DNA of 62,780 bases, the filler included, from Streblomastix strix (taxonomy: Eukaryota): NCBI GenBank assembly GCA_008636045.1. It is 4 parts of 4 records of this genome, joined end to end, with 100 filler letters (N's around TTAATTAATTAA, not from the genome) between each part and the next. Parts side by side here need not be neighbours in the genome. Positions count along the whole stretch, not along the records: positions 47,175 to 62,780 come from SNRW01000958.1; 3 more parts are not named here. One strand, given 5' to 3'. A model generated the notes under the pieces. That model worked only from the letters and a program-made list of their open reading frames with translations. It was not told the origin of the DNA and searched no databases. Positions 53,999 to 62,780 of this stretch are shown piece after piece; position 1 is the stretch's first letter; every line of letters begins with the position of its first letter. A program made the position numbers and the translations under genes.

Positions 53999-55220
53999 TC
54001 ATTAATTTGATCTATCTTTTTTACTATTAATAATATATCCTTTAGCTCTATATATTTAATAAATTCTATCCTTATTCCATAAATTCATGTTAAAAATATG
54101 GGACTCGATTTCTTCTAATCCTCCTTATTCTATTATTTATTCATTTATAGTTTTTAATAGTTGAATTTTTCCATGATACTTCTCATCATTTATTTCACGA
54201 TTTATATAAAAGATATTCTAAATATTTACTAATCCCCTTTCAATCACTTAATCATTTTATTCTTCACTTCCACCTCCTGTTCCAATAACTTCAGTTTATA
54301 TTCTTATATATGTATTTTCATATAAAATTCTTTCTTTCAAAATCTCATCACCAAAATAATTTATTTCATCTAAGCAATGATTACTTCTTAATTTGATTTG
54401 AGTATAATATTTCTCAATTTTTTCAGATTGATGTTATTTCCTTCCAAACCTAGTCAGATTATTCAGCGCTTTTATTAAATCTGGTGTATCATAAGAAGTT
54501 TAACATAAAGATGTGTTTTCTGTCAGAAGAGAACTAAGCAGATTAAAATATTCAACAATAAGCGATAAAGTTGTTATTGGATTAATTGAGATTGTTGTAT
54601 GTTGAATTTGATTTGTTTCACTTAGTTGATATGAATTGTTTGCTGAAAACGAGATAATAAGAGGAGATAAATGTTTGAATATTTAATTAATATACATCAA
54701 GAATTATGTTACAGTATTCTAATTCTAAGAAAATTCTGCAAGTAATTTATAAATTGAACTAAGAAATTAATTTGTTGACTCTGATTCAGGTAGATTCAAA
54801 CATTGAGAACAATTCAATTCTAGAAATAGCACTAATCATTTCTTCTTCTTTTTTCAATTCTGCTTCTATTAATTATTTTCTTTATTCCTCATATTATTCT
54901 TCTATATCTTTTTAATTCATCAAATTTCTTAGCATTTATTATATTCGCGTTATTATACCATTTCAGAACCTTTCTCAGTGATTATCAATATAATATTCAA
55001 TACCTCCAATTGTACCTCTGATTTTTCTACTTAAATAAATTCATTTGTATTCAACATATAATGTATGACCGATTTTATACATTTAATAAAGTTGAATTAA
55101 ATGAAAATATAAATCAAATGTATCATAATAGATTTAAAGTAATTATTTGTTTGTATTTATATTTTTATAATATTTTAACAGAAATTGTTCATTAAGTTTA
55201 GCAGCAATAAGTTCGAATGA
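53999..55220 (-). pseudogene. Helical (ARM-like) family copy 5; 5' part disrupted, boundary approximate
   Basis: EVIGTGGGSEEQ...NEQIIEQGGLEEIESHI; in-frame TGA at 54836-54838 and a frame change near 54960. Confidence 0.6.
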
Positions 55221-56189
55221 TAATATTTAATTTCAGTACGAAATTATAAAATAGAAAAAATATTTATAAATTAAAGGGAAAAAATGAAATTATTGTTTGA
55301 GATGAGTAAAAAAAAAGTTTTTGAAAAAAAATCCAAAAAAAGAATAATATGGAAAATATCCTGGAAAATGAGTGATATTTTGTTTTAGATTGTATCAATA
55401 TTAACAAAATGAAAGTGTCCATTATTTAGGAGATTTATATATTATAATGAGCTGAAAATAACCTATATAATTTCAATTTTTCTATTATTGTGATGGGTAA
55501 TGAATTATATAATTAGAATAATATTAAAATAGATGAAATAGAATAAAATAAATTTTTAAAACATTAGTAAAAATATTATAAATATCAGACTTCTGAGATA
55601 TTTGATTGGTTACGAAATACGGTATTCTGTGATTCAGTACGTTTATTCAATATCAAAATCGAGTTTACAAACAAAGAACATATAAAAAATTTATTATTTT
55701 CCAATGTAACTCATAAATTAGCGACAAAACAACATTTTTCAGTAAAATGAGCGTTTCTTTTTTCACTAGTTATAAACGGATAAAATTCGATATTTTTAAT
55801 ATTAAAAATATTATTATACACATTATTTAACACAAATAAAATTGAATATTAATACTGAAATGTGAAACAAAAAATTTGATTTTAAATCATCAATTGCATC
55901 AAATAATAATCGAATTTCTGAACTTTTAATATTTATATACATCAACATGCATTATCTAAATATAGAATTAAAACAAAATGTTTATTAGATCACTAATTAT
56001 GATAAAATATTTATCAATTTTATTATTAAATTGCAATTACTACAATTCTCCTCTATTTATTAAAATATTTTTATATTGCATTCATTTTCAAACTTTATCC
56101 GCATACTTTAATACATTTGATATCATTTACTTAATATACATATTATATTATATTTATTTTTTCACAAATTTTATCCAGAAAAGATTATA

Positions 56190-57377
56190 ATGTCTTATAG
56201 AAAACAAAAAGTTGAACCAAACGAAGAAAAATTCTCCATAGAAGATGTGTTATACCATTTGAATAAGCTTAAAAAAGAAAAAAACAGCCGAGACTCGGAT
56301 ACAAACGGGAAAGATGAAATTCCATTAAATCTAATCTAATCTATTCTTGGGAATGGAGATGTTGAACTTGTAGGAATGCGTATAATTGAGAATGTAAATG
56401 GAGTTAAATAAGAAAGAAGATTATTTGGCAGTGATGAAGTGAGATAAGAAGACAGAGAAAGAGATCGAGTGAAATAATTGGAGAATATGCATGGATGAAG
56501 AAATGAATATAATATTGCAAAAGAAAGAGTTAAATAGAAATAGAGAGATAGATTGATAAGTGGAGAATAACTTAAATATAAAGAAATGGAGAAAATAAGA
56601 TAAAAAGATTAAAGTGCAGGAATTGGATCTTATAACATAAATGACTAAAAGAAATTAGATGATGTAGTTAAATAGAACATGAGAATGATTGGAGCTGAAA
56701 GTGATGATGATGATGATGATGAAGATGAATAATAAGGAAAGAAGAAGAAGAAGAACAGGAAAAGAAAGAGGAATCGGAAGAGGAAGAATAATAGTTTGAT
56801 GGGATAAGGAGATTAATAGACAATTGGTTTATAAATGTCTTAGCCAATGTAATAATAATAGTAATAATAACCACAAATTCAATAGAATAGAATTTCAACA
56901 TAATAATAATAATCGCAAATTCAATAGAATATTATTTAAATTCCATTAAAATAAAAGGAAAAAAGTTAATAAGCAGAAGATGGTGAAGAAATAGAATCTG
57001 AAGATGTTGAAAAAGATGAAGATGTTGAATAAGAATAATAAGAAGTTGAAAATAATGAAGATTAAGATGATGAAAATGATGAAGAATAAGAAGATGAATA
57101 AGAAAATGATGAATAGGATGATGAAGATTAAGATAATAATGAAGATTAAGATAATAGTGAAGAATCAGATGAAGTTTCTGAAGAGGAAAAAGAACAATTG
57201 AGGTAATACGAGGAGTATTTATAGAAGAAAAATGTATTGAATAATAAGAAAATTAAAAAGAAAGTAATAACAAACGATTTTTCATAACTTACAGATGAAG
57301 AAATAGATCAACTATTGGGTTGTACTGACAATCCAACAGATTCAAAGAAATCTGATGTTAAAAGGAAGAAGAAATGA
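56190..57377 (+). CDS. Acidic/basic low-complexity (probably nuclear) protein with one in-frame TGA at 56496-56498
   Basis: Single frame from MSYRKQKVEPNEEKF to DVKRKKK*; NLS-like KKKKKNRKRKRNRKRK; D/E/Q tracts. Confidence 0.55.
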
Positions 57378-58084
57378 TTATATTTTTTTAGTCCATTATC
57401 TTTTAATATTTATTTTATAATTGTTAACCAGTTCATGTGTTCAAAATAAAAATTGAAGTCATATTTTATATTTTCCTTAAAAAATTTACTGCTTACAAAT
57501 CTTGAGTTTATTATGAAGTGTAAATTTTCATTGAAAAAATTGACAAAATAACCCAGTTTTGAAATAAGCACAGGTTTAAAGTAAAATTGACAGAAGACAA
57601 AAATAATTATGATAAATAAACATAAGTGATTTAAAAAGGTAAAGAACAGTATGTTTTTGGAATAAAATTTCGATAAAAGAATGAATATAATAATAAATTT
57701 ATGATAAATAATTTTAAAAGGCGGAATTACATGAATTTAAAACGTGTCTGGTATATACAATAATTAAAAATCATTCAAGAATATTCTAAAATTAAAATGC
57801 TATAAAAATAAACAAAATTTTAAAAAAAGTTTTTGAACGATAAAAATTATTAAAAAAGATATGAAACAATGAATACTTTTATATCGCTTTATATTTGATC
57901 AGAGCATCATTTATGTTTATCATTGATTTATCAATTTGAAAAACATATCAAACATATTATAGAAATCCCACCTTTAAGAAAAATTTACATAAATAAATTA
58001 ATAAATTAACAAAACATAAATAAAAACAAAATAAAAATTCTTCTCCAATCTTCTTCATCATCATCTTCATTATCTTTATCGCTT

Positions 58085-61000
58085 TCATTCTACTCCTTCC
58101 ACTCCTTCAACTCCTTCCTCATCATCTTTCTCATCTTCATCTTCATCAAACCCAGTTCTCTCCTCCTCAGGAATCGTGTTTCCAAACACAATATCAGCAT
58201 TCGTGAAGTGAGCATCAAATAATTTGATCAAGTTTCTCTTCGCTATCATTTTAGATGCAACATCGCCTGTGACTTTTAATTGATCACCAATAACAGTCAG
58301 TCTTTATCTGAGAAGAATATGTTCTCTCGCATGAGTCTTGAAGTTGTGATGTTTGGGATCATTACTGTTTGATATTAAATGTTGCATTTGGTTTTTACCC
58401 TTTTTGGGTCTTTCATGTAAATAATCATCATTTGACAGACTTGGAATTTATTTAACTGATTTTTAACCTATAGATTCAGGATTAAGTTATCCTGCATTAA
58501 TTAAGATTGGTTTGCCATTCTGGTCAAGATCAATCTGTTATTATGTATTCATTAATGATTACTGTTACTATAATAAAGCAATTTATGTTTCTATTTTCTA
58601 TAAATCAGTTGTTTCTTTTGATTCATTTTCTTTATTTTCTCCACTTTTCTCTTTTTCTTTTTCATTTGATGATCCTGACCCTCCAAGACCTCCAACTACA
58701 TTATTCATAATAGACTAAACATTTGATCCTAATTCTCCAGGTCCCGACTATAGTATATCATTCATAGTTATATCTTTAGATCCAGTATATTCCCTCTGAA
58801 TCATTTCTCTTTCTTCTTCAGTGAATTGTCTGTATGAGATCTGTACCAGTGTTGTGTGAAGTGAATTTATTTGTGTTTATGACTCTTTTGATATGATCGC
58901 ATCGAGGAGTGTAACGGCTGCTTCGATTATGCGCTCACGGCCATCGTCGATGGGCGGATAACTAATATATATAATAATTAATATATTATTTAATTAGAAA
59001 ACTTTGTTAAACAACAAAAAATTAATTTTTTAATAATAATATTACTATTCATTATAATTATTGTCATTATTTCATATTTCCCATTCATTTTTATTATTCA
59101 CACCCTGTTCTCATACTTGGCAGCATCTGCATCTCAACTTCTGCACTGTCATCTCCTCGATCTGATCCACGTCCTTATGAAGGAAGGAGTAAGAGAAGCT
59201 TCTTTGATTGAGTTGTGGCTCTGACCTATAAAATGAGTATTATATAATATGAATGGTATATGTAATAATATATAAATAAAGGAAATAATATGATCGTTGA
59301 TTTAATATATTTATTCATATAAATATATATGCAATATTATTAAACATACCACATCCTAACTCCACGGAATAGCATTTACAATTACCAATATGAGTTATAG
59401 AACAGAACATCCTGAAATGATAATATAATATAATAAAGTAAATAAATTAATTGAAATTTTTAATCCAATTATAAATCATACCTATTGTAGAATATATGAG
59501 CACATTTTTGCTCAATTCTATTGTGCTTAATCCAGAATCCAAAATTTCAGCTATGAAAATTAAGAAAAAATAAAATTAATAAAATATAAAAAAATAAAAA
59601 AATTAATATTTTATACTTGTATGTTTCAGCAATCCTTATATGATATCATTTCGCACTGCTGAATTGATGAAACGGAACTAATATAATAAATAAATATACA
59701 TCCAAAACAATACAAATAATTATTATAATAAATATTAAATAATAATAAAAAATATATTATTTATTTAAAATCAATATTTCTCAATATTTTTCTTTATTTG
59801 TTTATTAAATCAATATATTTATTATAAATCTATATATTACTTGATGATTTGTATCTCCTCTTCCTTTCTATCCTGTAGTGTTTGAAGAAGATCCAGTTGT
59901 ACTTCCACCTAAAATATATAATCAAAATAAACAATAAAGTCAATTATCAGAATAAATATGTGATTATATAAATAATACTATTTATATTACTACTTTTCTA
60001 ATTATTATTTGCATACTTCCAGATGTTCTATTTGCAAGTGCAAAGTCAGTATCAAGTATCATATTCAAGTCCATATGATATACTTATTCAACATACATAT
60101 ACAATCTGGATATCAGTGATGACAGCCCTGAAATTGGCCATTGAATCTAAATTGAATAAAATATGAATGAAATAAAATATGTAATAAATAAATAAATAAA
60201 TAAAGTAATTCACTATACCGAATAAATTCTAAATGGACCATCATTATTATTATCTCCAGCAACAGTGCATTATTCCTCAATAGGCATATAGCAGGTTGCA
60301 TTATCCAATAAATATGAAGCCGTTTGTTTAATAGATATTCTAGACGTATGTAGTTAATCTATAAGTGAATCCTGTGCGAATATTAAATATATTTAATATA
60401 TTAAATTTAAAAAATATTGAATATGAAGAAATATAATGATTAATAAAATAGAAAAAAAGAATATCATATTTATTTAATTGAATGATATAAATAAACAATA
60501 AAATAATAATACATCTGTTTCAGTATAATTGCTAGACCCATAATGAACTTTTGCATGTACTTTACGAAGTTGTTCCAAAACCCCATGAAGAAGCCTAAAT
60601 AATAATAAAAATAATTAAGAAGTTTAAAATTAAACATATAAATGGTAAATAAAATCTTATTTATAAATATTATCTTATATAGTTATTATTAATTATACTC
60701 TCTAATAATTGTCTTGTTGTTTGACACGTGAGATGAATCATTCCAAACTGGTGAAGTGACTCCTGTGAATTAAACGCGAGATACAACATCAATTTGTTGA
60801 TAATTATAGAGCATTCTGAAATAAAAATAATAATAAAATGAATTTACATATCATTTGAAAATAAAATAATATTAGAATGATTTTAAAATACCAATAAATT
60901 AAATTATTATTAATATACCTAAGAGAGAAGTATTATATTTGTGCAAGAAGTGCTGGACGCAATCCGCTCATTACAATATTACCTGCTACATCACTAAAGA

Positions 61001-62323
61001 AAATAAAGATAATAAAAAAGAATGAAAAATTAATTGTTAATTAAAAAATAAGATCTTATAATCAATAATATCATTCAAAATAAAAAAATATTCATACGAA
61101 TATAATTCGACAAATATAACGACAATTAAAATAAGAGCAATCAGAATAAGTAATTCAGCAACTATTGATATAACTATATTAACAATGAATTTGAAAGTAA
61201 TTGGAGAAGGAAGTTATTTATAGGCAGCCTAATTAAACAAGTAATGAAATTGAAAGGAAAAATAATATATACAAATTAAATAAATTTATTATTAAATATA
61301 TAATTTATTCAATTCCTAATACTTGTAATTTAGTCAAATCTTATTCTAATTTCATCTCCCAATCCAAATCTTAAATTATTTCTCTCAAAAATCCCTTTCC
61401 ATGTTCAGTTTCTTCATCAGCTTTGTTCTTTTTCATTAATACATTATATATGTGAATTATAATATAACAATTTATAATAAAAATGATAATGAAGAAATTA
61501 TTTATTTATTTATTTGTTCAAATAATATAATAAATTCAATTTCATACTAATTATTACAAATGTAAATGTGCTTTCAACTCTTTTTCTTTTTATTCCTTTT
61601 CTTTTAACTCTTATTCTTTCTTCTTTCTTTCTTCTTCTTCTTTCTCTTTTTATTATTCTTTCTCTTTATCTTTTTATTATTATAGTAATTATTAAGCTTA
61701 TAGTTATTATAGCATCAACATAGAACTCTAATTATTAAGACCTCCCATCGCTTAGAGTTGTTGCTGAAGTAGTAATTACTATGCATTTGGATTATTCATT
61801 AGCTGAGATTGGTTTAGTTAGTTCAATAAATTCATTTAGCTTCCCTATTATTGAAATTATTACATCTATGGCAGTTAAGTTAAAAATGATTAACGTCTGG
61901 TTAAATTCATTAATGAATTTTGTAAATTTATCTAAGATCCTTAATTCTGCAACTAATTCATAGCATTTAAATTCACGAGAGAGTTTGATCCTGTAATTCC
62001 ATTTGATTAACTACCAGTTTGTAACAGCTACTACTGTAATTTTTATATCTAATATTACATTTATTATTAATTAGTAGGAAAAGAACTATGTGAAGAGAGA
62101 ACATTCAAATTTCCATTTAGGTTTCTTGGTGATATTACTGGAGACCCAACTTTTATACCAGATGCAGCAAGTTATTACATTTGCTGTACTGATAATGAGT
62201 AAGCCAATTAATTATTACTCATATTGGAAGCAATTTAAGGATGAAGGGATTAAAGAGAGTTTATTTATTATAAACTTGGAGTTTAACCATTTATATTCAT
62301 TATTGATTGTTATTAACCTTATT
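58085..62323 (-). CDS. Large multi-exon membrane protein (TmcB/tiny-macrocyst-like layout) with C-terminal hemerythrin-like domain; 5' truncated
   Basis: TM segments IAELLILIALILIVVIFVEL and IGCSVLQLILVIVNAIPW...TQSKKLLLLLP; then MRTGYPPIDDGRERIIE...RQFTEEEREM...HAREH...LFDAHFTNAD. Many short GT-AG introns. Confidence 0.7.
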
Positions 62324-62780
62324 TTATTAATTAATTAGATTCACAACCATAATAAACCAGAGTTCCTGGAGCTACAGATGTTGCATTATTACTTCAATCA
62401 ATGGGACTTGGTATGATAATAATAAATGAAATAATATAATTAATAAATTCACATAATTTTTATTTTTATTTATTTATTTATTTACATACTTCAGCTTAAA
62501 TTCCATCCACATAAATATCTAGTTAATTTCCACAGCTAAACCCATCACAAATATCTGGAGCTTCAAGCACAGTTGGTCATCCTGCATAATAAGGTTAATA
62601 ACAATCAATAATGAATATAAATGGTTAAACTCCAAGTTTATAATAAATAAACTCTCTTTAATCCCTTCATCCTTAAATTGCTTACAATATGAGTAATAAT
62701 TAATTGGCTTACTCATTATCAGTACAGCAAATGTAATAACTTGCTGCATCTGGTATAAAAGTTGGGTCTCCAGTAATATC
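62131..62780. repeat. ~193-bp inverted repeat (62131-62323 / 62588-62780), fold-back at contig end
   Basis: Arms are reverse complements with one mismatch seen (W/C difference between the two ORF-track translations). Confidence 0.92.

Noticed and set aside
59617..59678. FRFINSAVRNDIIQGLL as a STAND-ATPase winged-helix motif
   Set aside because: No P-loop in the visible gene and the segment lies between TM helices; the resemblance is probably coincidental.
482..62749. Most ORFs in the supplied six-frame track
   Set aside because: Computed with TAA/TAG as stops. They are fragments of true frames (e.g. 4427, 16631, 21059, 37962, 52987) or antisense/off-frame shadows of low-complexity coding DNA.

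Overview
Very AT-rich eukaryotic genomic DNA with short GT-AG introns. It reads correctly only with TAA/TAG = Gln and TGA as the sole stop (translation table 6), so the supplied standard-code ORF track is mostly fragmented or spurious. The code and the gene families (beta-helix surface protein, SPRY-like proteins, an expanded helical family with a GG..EQIxxEGGxEEI motif, a DIRS-like retroelement) best fit an oxymonad such as Streblomastix (inference). The window is four independent contigs of descending size (15641, 15617, 15616, 15606 bp) joined by artificial N44-TTAATTAATTAA-N44 spacers. Several fold-back inversions typical of whole-genome amplification are present. Recognisable genes: DnaJ C-terminus, NXT1/NTF2-like, 3xUBA-RING-H2 ligase, a greatly expanded nicalin, RPC4, a PB1 + FG-rich protein, a degenerate DIRS RT/RNaseH/methylase, EME1, a SelS-like membrane thioredoxin, SPRY and SH3 proteins, a tandem pseudo-cathepsin surface protein, and a multi-TM protein ending in a degenerate hemerythrin domain. 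All calls come from manual translation and remembered family motifs; no searches were run.
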